A stretch of DNA of 61,859 bases, counting the filler, from Chiloscyllium plagiosum (Eukaryota), in assembly GCF_004010195.1 (NCBI RefSeq). It is 3 parts of one record of this genome, joined end to end, with 100 filler letters (N's around TTAATTAATTAA, not from the genome) between each part and the next. Parts side by side here need not be neighbours in the genome. Positions count along the whole stretch, not along the records: positions 1 to 19,313 come from NC_057717.1; positions 19,414 to 30,724 come from NC_057717.1; 1 more part is not named here. The stretch is one strand, 5' to 3'. The notes under the pieces were generated by a model. The model ran no database searches. It had not been told where the DNA came from and saw only the letters and a program-made list of their open reading frames with translations. The position numbers were made by a program, and so were the translations under genes. How positions within the stretch are numbered: position 1 is the first letter of the stretch; every line of letters begins with the position of its first letter. Positions 12,874 through 25,799 of this stretch are shown here, piece by piece.

Positions 12874-13201
12874 TGTTGGTCTCCAAAGATAAGCAAGGTA
12901 TTCTGGTGCATCTTCGGCTGAGCTGAGCTTCGTTTTGCTTTGATATCACTGGGGTACTAGACTACCCATCGGACTTTGGAACAGCGGTGTTTATCGGGTC
13001 CAGGAAGCTTATTGGTAGTTTGCCTTGGGAAGTGTATTCCCTGGTTTGTGAATGACTGTGGTCATGTATGGTTTCCCTTGTCAGCCTGCTGGGTCAATGC
13101 TGAGGCATTCTGGGTGTCCGCTATATGGCTTGCACAGGCTTGATTTTCTGTGTTCTTATTGGCCATGCTGTGTGTAGCAGGCTTGCAAGTCATTTCCCAC
13201 A
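12874..13201 (-). promoter_or_regulatory. Candidate 5' LTR of the ERV, with adjacent PBS
   Basis: The minus strand starts TGTGGG (13201) and ends CAACA (12874), followed after 1 nt by TGGTAGCA (12872-12865). CCAAT at ~13160 precedes a TATA-like CATATA at ~13124. No matching 3' LTR was found. Confidence 0.45.
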
Positions 13202-13299
13202 CTGTTGAAAAATAAACTTTAAGATCTGCAAAGGTTGTAAATTCAAAATCTTAATTCAACATCAACCTGTTCACATAGGGACAAGCAACTCAGCTGTTC

Positions 13300-13765
13300 C
13301 ATGGAAGGAAAGGTGTTCACTCAGGGATCAATCGTAATGGCACGCAAACGACTTCAACAAATGGAGAGAAAGTTTGTCTGCTCTGTTTGGTAAGTGATTA
13401 TCTTCACAGCTCCGCGAAATGTCACCCGATCGACATGACACTGGAGAGACATCGTTCGTCTGCTCTGTGCATGAGAAGGAATTTATTAATCAGAAAAGCA
13501 TCAGATAAACAAGAATGGGCACACTATAGAGAAGCCTGCACTGAGTGTGGAAAGAGATTCACCTGGTCATCTCTATTCAGTGAGCACGAGCATACTCACA
13601 CTAGCGAAAAACATTTACTTGCTCCTTGTCAGGGAAGTGACTCACTTGGGTCTCAAATCTCAGCAGATATGGACTTGTTCCCACAAATGAGAGAAAATTT
13701 TAATTGGCTGACTTTGGAAAGAGCTTTAGGAGTAGCAATGATGTGACGAAATATCAGAAAACATA
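13300..13765 (+). pseudogene. C2H2 zinc-finger pseudogene remnant
   Basis: CTECGKRFTWSSLFSEHEHTHTSEKH finger flanked by frameshifted finger-like repeats. Confidence 0.7.
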
Positions 13766-13774
13766 TAAGAATCC

Positions 13775-14080
13775 TTGCAGTGCAGAAACAGGCCCTTCGG
13801 CCCAACAGGTCCACACAAACCCTCCAAAGAGCACGAAGATCCATTATCCTCACTGATATTTACCCCAACTATTAACGTACTGTATGGGTAATATATCATG
13901 ACCAATTCACCTAACCGGCGCACAGTTTTGTATTGTGGGATGAAATTTGAGGACCTGGAGGAAACTCACACAGACACGTGGAGAACGTGCAAATTCCACA
14001 CAGACAGGCCTCCGAGGCTGGAATCGATGCCAGCCCCTCATGCTCTGAGGCAGCAGTGCTAAACACTGAACCACCATGCG
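13775..14080 (-). mobile_element. HE1-type SINE
   Basis: Reverse-strand copy: aggcccttcggcccaac...gaggcagcagtgctaaacactg. Confidence 0.85.
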
Positions 14081-14709
14081 TGGAGAGGCAGTTAATTTGC
14101 ACTGTGGGTAGCAAGGGATTCAATTACTCATTCGCATGTGTGACAGCTCAGTCTGATGGAATCTGTTTCGCTCAGTGGCTGGTTTCTTGGCTTATAAAAC
14201 AGTGTGATGCTCCAGCGTGGTTCCAATTTCCATCACTGGTTTGAGGTTAATTTAAAGGTTGTCCTTCACTAAATCTTCTCTGAACTGAGGACTGGTGGTG
14301 CTCTTGTTAAATCGCCACCAGCCCCTTCTTTCTCAAATGAAGGCAGCAGCCACTACGGTCGTTAAGACGGTGATAGTACAAACATTCCAGTGAGGTCGCA
14401 TGTTAATGCGTTATGGCGTTATTGCATCGAGAATTGAACTGTGTTCATTCTGTCAGCAGGGGTTTACTTCATTGGATGCAGTTAATCTCTTTAATTGATC
14501 TGGTGTTTAATTGTTCAATTTTCAATCACATCAAATTCAAAGATATTTTCCATTGATTTCTCTTCAATTAGAGGAGACGAGCAGATATCCATCGACAGCC
14601 CTTTTCTTCATTGTTAAGTCTGGATTTGTACTTAAAAATATTTCGATGCATTCAGCATTTCTGAATGCTCTTCACATCTTATATCAAAGAAACAGCTGTC
14701 CTACAGTGA

Positions 14710-15643
14710 AAGCACAAGATTGCGTTCTCGTCAGCATGAACGTATCGATGGGACCTCAATTCCTGGGAACTTATAAAGCATTTCCCACACTGTGTCATTA
14801 AAACAATTTATTGCCACTGTGAACCCGTTGGTGCATCAGGTCGATGGATGACTTAAGTGCATCCTTTCCCCAATTCAGAACATATGAAGGTCCTCTCGCC
14901 AATATGAATTCGCTTGTATTTCAGGAAGTTTGAGAAATGTATGTGCAGGTGAATAGTCTTTTTTCCTGTTTGAACTCGCTTGTATTTCAGCAGATTGCCG
15001 GAATCAATTAATTACTTCAAATCACAGCGGACGAATGGTCTCTCCTCTGTGTGAACTCGCTGGTGTCTCAGCAGACTGAATGACTGAATGGATCCTTGCC
15101 CATTCTTCGAACCGGCGAACGGCCTCTTTCCACTGAGTTCGCAGATGTAAAGTGAAATCAAATGACGGCCTGAACCAACTCCCTCTGTGAGAACACTTGA
15201 ATGGTTTTTCATCTGTGTGAACAAATTGATGGTACAGCAGTTAGTGAGAAATTTTAAAGCATTTTCCATACGCTGGATAATTAAATGGTTTCTTCTCCCT
15301 GTGAACCCATTGGTGAGTCAGCAAGTTATTAAAATGAACAAATGCCTTTCCACACTCAGAACAGTTGAATGGCTTTTCCCCTGTGTCGTTGCACTGCTGA
15401 ATTTTCAGGGCAGACAAGCGATTGAATCGTCACCACATTACAGCAATTTCTCTCCAGCGTCCCTCCAATTATGTCTCGATAGTTCAGATAGTGAATAGTT
15501 TCGCTCACTGTGAATGTAGATTTCTCCTTTCACTTTCAAAAGTCGGTGAGATTCAGGCTACATTGAACAAAACAACTCCATCAAATTCTGATGTAATGCT
15601 TGATGTCAAATTTCCAACCGCAAATCCTCATCTTTGATATCCC
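14710..15643 (-). pseudogene. Multi-finger C2H2 (Krueppel-type) zinc-finger pseudogene, main exon
   Basis: Several decayed fingers with TGEKPFNCSECGKAF..LLTHQWVH and LLRHQRVHTEERPF linkers, many stops and frameshifts, and a candidate acceptor (tttttatttgag) near 15643. Confidence 0.85.
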
Positions 15644-16050
15644 TCAAATAAAAACAGAAATATCTCAGTAAGAGAAAACTCCTCCGAACACCAAAGCAGA
15701 TGATTTTCATTCTTCGTCGGTTGTGGGTATTCCAGAAGAGGTCAGCATTTATTGTTCAGTCCTGATTTGACTGGAATTGGTGATGATGAGCTACCTTCCT
15801 GAACCATCGTTTCCGTATGCTGTCGGTAGACCCAAATTATAGGGGAGTGAAATCCACAATTTTGTCCCATTGATTCTGGAGGAACGGCAACATATTTCCA
15901 GATTAGGATGGTAAGAGGGTTGTAGGTCTTTCCTCTCTATCTACTACCCTTTTCGTTTTATATGGAAGTAGTTGTGAGTTTGTAATGTACTGTTTAAGGA
16001 CCCTTGGTGAATATCTGCAGTGCATCATGTGGATGGTGCAGACTGCATGT

Positions 16051-18800
16051 ATGAGTGTTTGGTTTTGGAGGGAAATGGATGTTTGTTGATGTTTTGTTAG
16101 TTGCGTGTTGCTGCTCAATTCAGCTGCTCTGTTCTGGACAGTGTTGAGCTTTTCAGTATTGTTGCAACTGCGGTCAGGAATCCTCAAGAAGGTTATAATT
16201 TAAACATCTCTTGCTACTCAGATGCTGACCAATCTGCTGTGCTTCTCCTGTGCATTGTTTCATTAACACTGCAATCATCCAGGCGAGCAGGAACTATTCC
16301 ATCATGTCTCATTCTGTACTGTAAAGGAGTAAACAGTTGGTCGGGAAAGGACAAAAGAAAGAGAACATTTGGACAATGAGGTCAATAACGCTCTTGCTAG
16401 GAGAGTGAATAGCTGTTAATGGAGACTGCCGGTGGCAAATCATAAGTGGCGTGTAATCGCAGGCTGTGTGAGAGACAGGCTTCAGGGAGTCAAGAAAATC
16501 CCTGACTATTACCCTCTCTTGTGGCCATAATGCTATGTGGCTGCTGAAGTTAGTTTCTCAAAGACATTGTGACTTTTACAGCACCAAAGAAGGACTTAGG
16601 ACCCATCTTGCAAATGTCCATCATCAAGCAACGATCCATTCTGAATCCCATTCTTTTCAGAACTTTGCCTGGGACCTGAAACGCTATGGTAGTCCAAGTG
16701 ATCAGCGAAATATTTTCCTAATTCCACCACCTTCAGCGAAATACTATTCACAAACATATGTTTCCCTCGCCGCCCTTGTCTGCATTCCCCAGAAACCATT
16801 CCCTCCGGAACACCTCCCCCACAGTCTCATCGAAGCTTTCTCTAAAATCGCGGAAGATGTGACACATACATTCATAGAACATGACAACTAGGAGCAAGAC
16901 TATGTCTAACGGGCCTTCGAGACTGCTTCACCATTCAATGAGATCATGCCTGATCTTTGCATGGACATACATTCACTTAACCACCCTCGAAAGATAATTT
17001 TAATTCCTTTACTGTTCAAACAAAAATCAGCCCTAGCTTTAAAAACATTGAGTGATGCAGCATCAACTACTTCGTTGGGCAAGCAGTTCTATCTTGGTTG
17101 AAGAAATTCCTTCTCAATTTAGTCCTAAATCGGCTCCTTCTAATCTTGAGGCTGTGCCTTGTTGTCCTGGTTTCATCTGTCAATGGAAGCATGCTCTCTA
17201 CTTCTATCTCACACATGCCCTTCATAATTTTATATGTTTCCATAAGATTCTGAATTTTTCTGAATTCTTCTGAATTTTTGATATAATCTTATTCCACATA
17301 TTCTCCTGTCATCAGCGAATACCTTCAAACGCGGAATCAACCTCGTGAAACACCGCCGCTCCGCCCCCATTTCAATATATCCTTAGTCAAGTAAGGATAA
17401 TAAAACTGCACACAGTACCGCAGGATGATCTTCACTAGCACATTGTACAGCTGCAAAATAAACTCTCTGCTTTTAAACTCAATCTATTCAACAATTAAAG
17501 ATGAATTTATATTTCTTTGCTTGTAACTTGTCGCTCCTGCAGTCCAACCTTGTGATTCTCGTATAAGTGTACCCAGTTCCCTTTGCATGGTAGCATGCCG
17601 CAAATTTTTGCCATTCGCGTAACAAGATTTTTTTACTTTCATTTGTACAAAAATGTGCGATTTCACATTTATTAATATTGTATTCCATCCGCCAGAACAT
17701 TGCCCATTAACCCAAGATTTCAATATTTAGATTACATCACAGCGTGGAAACAGGCCCTTCGGCCCAACAAGTCCACACCGACCCGCCGAAGCGCAACCCA
17801 CCCACGTCCCTACATTTACCCCTTACCTAACACTACGGGCAATTTAGCATGGCCAATACACCTGACCTGCACATCATTGTGACTGTGGGAGGAAACCCAC
17901 ACAGATACGGTGAGAACGTGCAAACTCCACACAGTCAGTCGCCTGAGGCGGGAATTGAACCCGGTCTCAGCTGCTGTGAGGCAGCAGTGCTAACCACTGT
18001 GCCACCGGGCCGCTCACGGCGTTCCTCTGCAAATTTTCACAGTCCTCTGCACACTTTGCTCTGCCACTCACTTTTATATCAACTGCAAACCTTGACACGA
18101 TGCGCATGTCTCCCAACTCCAAATAATTCATATAGGTTGTACGTAATTGCGGTCCCAGTACCAATCCCTGAGCACCGGTGATGGTCAATATAATTATCCT
18201 CGCACTGCGTTTCCTCTTGGGCAAACAATCCTCAATCCATGCTCATATTTTACACTTAACAGCATGTACCCGTTTGCTGCCAGTCCCTGTGCGGCTCCTT
18301 GTCGAGGGCATTTTGAAAATCTAGGTACACCAATTCACTGGGTCCCATTATACAACATGCTCGTAATGCCATTATAGAATTCTAAAAGATGCCCTGCCAT
18401 TTATTCATTGAGAATACACTCAAGAAATTTCCGCACTGCAGAGGTTAAACAAACTCGTCTATCATGTAGGGGAATGTGTCTGGGTGGGTTGCGCTTCGGC
18501 GGTCAATGTGGACTTGTTGGGCCAAAGAGCCTGTTTCCACACTGTAAGTAATCTAATTTATTTCCACATATCTTGTCTGCCTCCCTTTTTAAACAGTGAC
18601 GTCATATTTGTGTTTTCCAGTCTGCTGGGACTGCCCCAGAGACCAACGAATTTTGGAAAATTACTACAAGTGCACTTCTTTTTCATACACCATCGCGTTT
18701 AGTACCCTGCGATGCATTAAATCAGGGCCTGGAGACGTGTATATCCTTTGCTAAATTAGCTCCAACAATCCAACACTAGCTCAGTTGTTATAATGACTGT
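16051..18800. repeat. Segmental duplicate copy B (paralog of 1-1600), with ~1.2 kb extra internal sequence
   Basis: Same alignment as copy A; 16990-18220 is absent from copy A. Confidence 0.9.
17727..18012 (-). mobile_element. HE1-type SINE
   Basis: Near full-length reverse copy ending gcagcagtgctaaccactgtgccacc. Confidence 0.9.
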
Positions 18801-18879
18801 TGTTGTTGTAAGGCTACCCTGACTGAGCTGCTTTTCCAGCACCACTCTCTCGACTCTAACTTCCAGCATCTGCAGTCCT

Positions 18880-20320
18880 CACTTTCACCTGAGAGATGTT
18901 CAAGACTGGCAATTCAATGTTCCAGATATTAAATGTCATAGAAAGGGTGGAAAATATATGCAGAGGGCAGAGAGGGGGCGGTCTGCCATTTTTGATTAAG
19001 GAATAAATTACTGCTGGAACTGGGGGAGATATTTCTGAAAACGTATCCAGTTAAAATATGCAGATAGTATTAAAAGAAAAAAATAAAGTTCACTTTGAAC
19101 AGATTGCACTAAATGCTCTTTTTGTCAAAAATCATCCTGTGAAAATATATTGATCGAAATTAAAAATAAGAAAGGAAAGAGCACGTTGATTATATTGTAC
19201 CATATGTTCTCCAACAGTAAGAAAGAAATTGAGAAACAAACATGTAGGGAGATCTCGGATTTATGCAAGCTTAATAAGGTTGTAATAATGGGGGATTTTA
19301 ATTTTTTAAAAAANNNNNNNNNNNNNNNNNNNNNNNNNNNNNNNNNNNNNNNNNNNNTTAATTAATTAANNNNNNNNNNNNNNNNNNNNNNNNNNNNNNN
19401 NNNNNNNNNNNNNTTGTCCAAGCTACAATGTAACTAAGTTTAGGAAAGAAATGAGAGTGGTAGAGAATTAATAAAAGGCAAAGTTTTCAGAGCGGACAAG
19501 CTCCTGTACAAGAGTCCTTGCACGGGCAGTGTCGGAATAAAAGGATCCTTTTCTTGGAGATGAAGAATGCTGGATTATCACAGGAATCGGGGCTTGGGCC
19601 ACAGCTTTCATAATACATCTCAAACATTTAGTTGAGCGAATCAAATGCAAAATTCCCAAGCTGACCAGTCGACATGGAATCCTCCAAACGTGTAGCTGTA
19701 ATATTGAAAAAGATCGAATCTTACAGTACAGGAGTAACCGAAAATAATATTTCAGCAGCAGAAAGCAGATCGGAACATAAATGAAATGTTAACCACCATT
19801 TCAAGGGGATTTACGTAAGGATGTCTTATCGCAGCTGTGTAGGGCCTTGGTGAACTCATCTAGAACATTATGCAGTATTGTGCCTAGGTTTGGTCTCCTG
19901 ACCTTTCTGTGTGATCAGAGTTGGAGTCGACTAAGATTCTATTCCAAGGCGTTCAGGAAAATGAGTGGAGATCTCAGTGAAACATATAAAATGCTGACTG
20001 GACGAGACCGTATGTAAACAGGGATGATAATTCCCCTGGCTGGAACATCTAAAACATAGGACAACAGTATTAGGTAAAGGCAGGCCACTCTTCACTGAGA
20101 TGTGAATAAATGCCTCCATTCAGAGAATGGCGAACACTGGGAGTTTTCTCAAACACAAGACTGTGGAAGACAAAGCGCTGAAAATAAATAAGGATTTCGA
20201 AACGCTAAAGGAATGGAGATAGAGCAGGCGCATATTGTCGAGATAAACGACCAGGCATCATTACATTTAATGGTGGAGAAAACCATATGGACTGAAAGGA
20301 TAACTGCAGTTCCTAATTTA
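18880..20320 (+). mobile_element. Degenerate CR1 LINE fragments
   Basis: Endonuclease motif KVVIMGDFNF at ~19280, plus CR1 3' sequence at 19700-20320. Split by an artificial spacer. Confidence 0.7.
19314..19413. other. Artificial 100-bp joiner N44-TTAATTAATTAA-N44
   Basis: Exactly 44 N + stop-codon linker + 44 N; identical to the joiner at 30725. Confidence 0.95.
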
Positions 20321-20699
20321 CACTTTTGCGAATGGTCAAGCACAATAAGTGATAAATGCATTGCGGAGGAGAAATACACTGAGTAGATATTCAGTCATTG
20401 GGGAGGATAAATGTGCACCTGTCCCGATGTTTCTGTGCAGTCTCTGGGAAAGCTCTGTAAATGTTGTCACAAGCTCTCAGATGTGAGGAAGGCGGTACCT
20501 GCAGGATTGGCAGGACTGTGTTTCTAACGTCAACCTGTTCCAGCGTATCAGTCTGTTTCACGCTGTCCTCATTAAAATAGATACAGTAAAACCGATCATA
20601 CTGACTGCACCTTTGCCCAATAAAATGCCTATGCCTCTTCAGACTCTCTGCACGCTGTATCTGGCTGTTCACTAACTACTCCATCATCAGATCCGTAGC

Positions 20700-21640
20700 T
20701 CCGTTTCCCATCCGCTGCAAATCCAGTTTCAACCCTCCGAAAGGCCATTAACAGTCCACTCGCCCAGGATATTGATGCCTCTCCCGTTCACGTCCAATCT
20801 GTCCCTCTTGTACAGGTCCGACCCTTCCAAGAAGGTATCCCAATGATCCCCATAACTGAAGACCTCCCTTCTACACCAGCTTTGCAACCACGTGTTCAGC
20901 ATCACTCACTCTCTGTTCCGAGCCACAGTATCCCGTGGTATCAGTAACAAACCTGAGATTACTACTCTGCTTGTGCTGCCTTCTCGCTTCCAACCACACT
21001 CCCTATATTGACTTATCAGGTCTTCATTACTTTTCCTAACTGTGTCATTAGTACTGATGTGCACTATGACTTCAAGCTGCTCACCTTCCCCGTTAAGAAC
21101 CCTGTAGACACGATCCATATACATCCCTGACCCTGTCACCTTGGAGACTCCATCCTGGAGTCTCAACCATGACCACAGAATCTCCCGTCTGTACCTCGCA
21201 CGATTGAATCACCCGTCACTGTCACTCTCCTATTGTACCCACTTCCCTCCTGAGCCACAGCGCCAGGCTCACTTCCAGAGACCTGGCTTTCCCCCGGTTG
21301 GTCACCCATCCTTGCAGTATCCAAACCAGTGCATGAATTGTTGTGGGAAACAGCCACAGTGGTCTGTGCACTGTCTGCCTGCTCCCTTTCCCGTTCGTGA
21401 TGGTCACTGAGATACAATTAACCTGAAATGCACATGCATGCATCTAACTTTCTATAACTCCTCTCTATCACCCCCTCAGCATCCCCAAAGATGAGGAGTG
21501 CATTCAGGTCCAGCCGTAGCTCCCGAACACTGTCTGTGAGGAGTTGGAGTTGTTTGCACTTCTTGCAGCTGAAGCCAGCAGGGACAGCAGTGGTGAACCT
21601 TACCTCCCACATTCAGCAACAGGAGCATACAATTGGCATC
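20700..21640 (-). mobile_element. CR1 ORF1 remnant (zinc finger/coiled coil plus SGNH esterase)
   Basis: CSCC/MWEV...FSCKKCKQLQLLTDSVRELRLDL, VTGDSIVRGTDGRFCG, VIVHISTND, RVVISGLL. Confidence 0.9.
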
Positions 21641-21661
21641 CATCCGCTCTCCTCTAAATTA

Positions 21662-21739
21662 TCGAGACATTGAATAAATAGAAAAAAAAGCCAAAACAAC
21701 TCGAGACATTGAATAAATAGAAAAAAAAGCCAAAACAAC
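21662..21739. repeat. Perfect 39-bp tandem duplication
   Basis: tcgagacattgaataaatagaaaaaaaagccaaaacaac x2. Confidence 0.95.
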
Positions 21740-22049
21740 TTACGTTTCCAAATTTCGATAGAATGGTTTTTATTTTGCTTAAAAGAAGAGGACGGTTGGG
21801 AAAGACTGCACGTTTTACTTTTCGGGTTTTGCCACATCCTAGATATATCAGTTTACGTGACCAGCTGTCCCTGTGTCTACGTCCGTTTCTGGTGAGACAT
21901 TCCTCTGCCTACTCACGAGGTAAGTCTTCAAGAGGGAAAATAAATAATTCCCGGGCCACCCCCAGGTCCTCACCCTCATTGCGTCTGCTGTTGGTGTTGC
22001 AAAATCCCTGTAGATATATTTTCTACACGCTGTAAAAGTTTAATAACAT

Positions 22050-22900
22050 CTCTCCTTTAGGAGAGTGAAATGAATAGTACGCAGTACCGTTAAAGTTGCC
22101 TCAACAACATCCTGTATAGGCGCAACATGCCACCCCGAATTCCAATATTCATTCGATGACTGATTAAGGCAAGCATTTAACCGTGTTCTTCACCAACTTC
22201 TCTACCTGCGAGTCCACATTCAAGGAACTGTGCAACTGCAGTCCAAGGCCTCTTTGTTGGGAAACACTCCGCAGGACATTATCTTTACAATCATAATATC
22301 TTCCCTTATTTGCTTTCCAAAATGCAAAACCTTATTTTTTTTTCTAAATTAAACTTCACCTGCCTCTCCTCGCCCCATTGACTCATCTGATTATCGTCCC
22401 GTTGCACTCTAAGATAATCCACTGCACAACTTTTTTCATGTCTTCTGTAAAGTTACGAAACATGCTTCAGATATTCATTTTCGAATCGTCAATATAAGCG
22501 ATGAAAAGCAGTGAACTCAGCAGTGATTCTTGCAGTTCGCTGCTTGTCAAAGGCGTTCAGTCTGAAAAACAACACCCTATATTAAAAACCTTTGAATCCC
22601 AATTGTTTAGATCCGATTGTTTCCCATATGACCTACCCTTCCTCATCGGTACACCAATTGGAATATTATGAACACTTTGCTGAAGTCCATATAGACACTG
22701 TCTGCCACACTACCTTCATTAATCTTCTCAGTCACCTTTTCAAAAAGCCACCATCAAATTTATGACCCATAAATCCACTGCAGAAATCCGTTTTGACCAC
22801 CCCTAATCAGTCCTTGGCTTTCCATATGTATGTTAATCCAAATCCCTCAGAATCCACTCCAGCAACCTACCCAATCCTGACATCTGGATCGTTTACCTAT
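22050..22900 (-). mobile_element. CR1 RT-region fragment
   Basis: Reverse strand contains the gtgtctatatggacttcagcaaa (VYMDFSK) region and downstream RT sequence. Confidence 0.7.
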
Positions 22901-23939
22901 AGGACCCTGACCAGGTCACTGTTCCTTTTTCTAGTCCTACTCCTCCAAAGCTCACAGCAATTTTTAAATACAAGCATATTGGTGATATGGCCAGTGATAT
23001 AGTATTCTGACTGGGTAAGGGTGAGTGTTGTGAACAAGTCAGGCTGATTTCATTAATTTGCTGAAATAGCAAAGTTATGATCAAAAATGTTACTCAAACG
23101 ATAATGGCAAGATGAATGACAAATAGTTTAGACGTTACAAATTTTGCACGCGCGTGCAGCAACACACACACACATGGAAAAGTGTAAAAGAAAATCTCAG
23201 CAGTATTAACTTAAAAGCATTTTGTCCAATTATTGGTTGAACTCATGACAAAAGGAAAAGTGAGAGATTGTTCCAAATATTATTCTGACTCTGATGTTGC
23301 TCTGATCAAACAAGCTGCTGGCAATGGGATTGCATTTAGAACAGTTGAATTTGGCTGTATTCATTTTCCTTCAGGCAATGTATTGATTCCAATGAAGCCT
23401 TGTCATGAATGCTGCATGAGTGGTAAAGATTTTTTCTCGGTCGGACACTTTGCTGGGAGGAGGAATAAGGCAAGAGGAAGGAGCAATTGTTCCTTCCTCC
23501 ACAGGAAGGTGACATTTCATACCCTCTCTTCGTTGAATCACACAGTAATGTTATCAAACCGCAACGTGGATCACGTGTAATCTCCATACACATTGTCCAA
23601 ACTCTATTCCATCACATTCCCTGCACCATGTAGATGCAGATTGCTATTTTCTGATCAAAAATAGTGCCAGTTGATTTGAAAATATGCTTAAATGTGCCTT
23701 TGTAATTTTAACATAAAACCTTTAATGTATTCACAGTGTCTGTGTTAAAATAAATATGTTTTATTCTTAAATAACTACAGAAAAAAGCTCAGGAGTCCGG
23801 CAGCATCTGCAACGAATAATCAGAATTAACATTTCCAATCCAGTGACCCTTCCTTATGATCTATCTTATTATAAAATTTATTCTACAAATTTAATTTGCC
23901 TGTGCAAGAGGAAATATCCATCATGCATTCACCAGCTAC

Positions 23940-25735
23940 ACTTGTAGTGCAGGTCCATAGTTCTTTGAAAATAGAATCTCAGGTCGTTAGGATAGTTAAG
24001 GAGGCGGTTGATGTTCTTTTTTTTGTTGTCCAGAGTATTGAATGTAGGAGTTGGGAGTCGTGTTGCAGCTGTGCAGGACATTCGTTCAAACAGTTTTCGG
24101 ATGTTGTGTTCAAATCTGGTCTCCCTCCTATCAGAACGATGTTGTGAAACTTGAATCGGAGATGCCGGTGTTGGTCTGGGGTGTACAAAGTTAAAAATCA
24201 CACAACACCAGGTTATAGTCCAACAGGTTTAATTGGAAGCACACTAGCTTTCGAAGCGACGCTCCTTCAATCACCTGGTGTTATGTGATTTTTAACCGTG
24301 AAACTTGAAGGCACTCAGGAAATATTTACAAGCATGTTGCCAGATTTGGACATTTTGAGCTATAGGCAGAGGCTGAATAGGCTGAAGCAGTTTCCGCCGG
24401 AGCATGAGGGTCATGAACATGGTGAATACCCAAGGCTTTTCCCCCAAAACTAGAGGTGATAAATACAATGTGAGAGACAAAAGATTAAAAAGGAACCTAA
24501 TGAACAACTTTTCCACGTACAGGCTGGTGCGTGTGTGGAATGAGCAGCCAAAGGTTGTTGTGGAGGCTGGTCCAATTACAACATTTAAAAATCAATTGGA
24601 AGGGTGTATGAATAGGAAGAGTTTAAGGTAGTACAGGCCAAACACTAGCAAATGGGAGTCTAATAATTCAGGATATCTGATCGGTATGGGTTAGTTGGAA
24701 TGAAGAGATTGTTTCTGTGCTGTAAATCTTCGAGACTCTCTGACTCTATCGGAACTCGTACTAATAGCCCATTAATTTTGCATTCGCGGAAATACCAGCC
24801 TATATGGCTTGATGCTATCGAACTGTCTTCATTTCAACCTTCTGAAACCTATGAACCATCCTTCCATGACGCTGTATTTCAGTCTCTCTCCCTCCATCCA
24901 TTTACAAACCCCCTCCATTTGTTGGTATTTAAATTGATTCCCCTTCATCCAGTTTTCATTATGCAATTTTAATTTGAATAAATATCCTGAATCTTCCCCT
25001 GACCTTTGGTTTTGCTGACCCTATAGTATCAGCTTCCTTCATAAAGAAGCGTAGAAACAAAATTTTAAAACCATAGCGTGCGTTTCCTTTGATTTCCCAA
25101 TATCCTGACTTGTGATTCATGTTGGACCTAAGTGTGTGCCAATAATCTTTGAGTCACGTGTCTGTAAATTGTTCTGCATCTGGACACTCAATGACTTGTC
25201 AGTCACTCTCTGCTCATCATGTGCTCAGGAACATGAGGAATCCAGAAATGAATTACAGGAATGTTGCCAGGTTTTGGAGCATTTGAGCCATAGGTAGAGG
25301 CTAAATATGACGGGGCTGTTTTCCATGGAGAGTTGAAGGCTGTCGGATGACATCAAAGTGGTTTGCAAAAACATGAGGGGCATGGATAGGATAAATGGAC
25401 AAAGTACTTACCCGGAGGTGGCGGAGTCCAGATATCGTGGGCATAGGCTTAGGGTGACAGGGGAATGTTATAAAAGTGACCTAAGTGGCAGTGTTTTCAC
25501 GCAGAGGGTGCTGCATTCATGGAATGAGCTGCGTGAGGTAGAGGTACAGGCTTGGACAATTGCAACATTTAAAAAGCATCTGAATGGGTATATGGATAGG
25601 AAGGTTTTAGAGGGGTACGATCCATGTGCAGGCAAATGGCACTACAGTAGCTTGGGATATCTGGTCGGCATGGGTGAGTTGGACAGACAGATATCTTTCA
25701 GTGCTGTGCACCTCCATGACTGTATGACTCTATGA
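23940..25735 (+). mobile_element. Two CR1 3'-end fragments (23940-24745, 25240-25735)
   Basis: FSTYRLVRVWNE and FTQRVLHSWNEL C-terminal motifs followed by (atgactct)n tails. Confidence 0.85.
24156..24297. mobile_element. Short Penelope-derived insertion with 12-bp TSD
   Basis: Flanked by gtgaaacttgaa at 24144-24155 and 24298-24309. Internal inverted segment and a broken antisense hammerhead motif. Confidence 0.7.
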
Positions 25736-25799
25736 CTGTTTTTGATGCGGGCCAAGCCTCTAACTTGGAGTTGAGCGGGGTTTGACATCATTCCATTCC

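Larger units (their letters stand above)
8800..13201 (-). mobile_element. Decayed endogenous retrovirus (LTR-gag-pro-[no pol]-env-like)
   Basis: Collinear minus-strand remnants: candidate LTR/PBS, MGAGKS gag start, capsid-like segment, CCHC knuckle and retropepsin motifs. The 3' boundary is uncertain. Confidence 0.8.
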
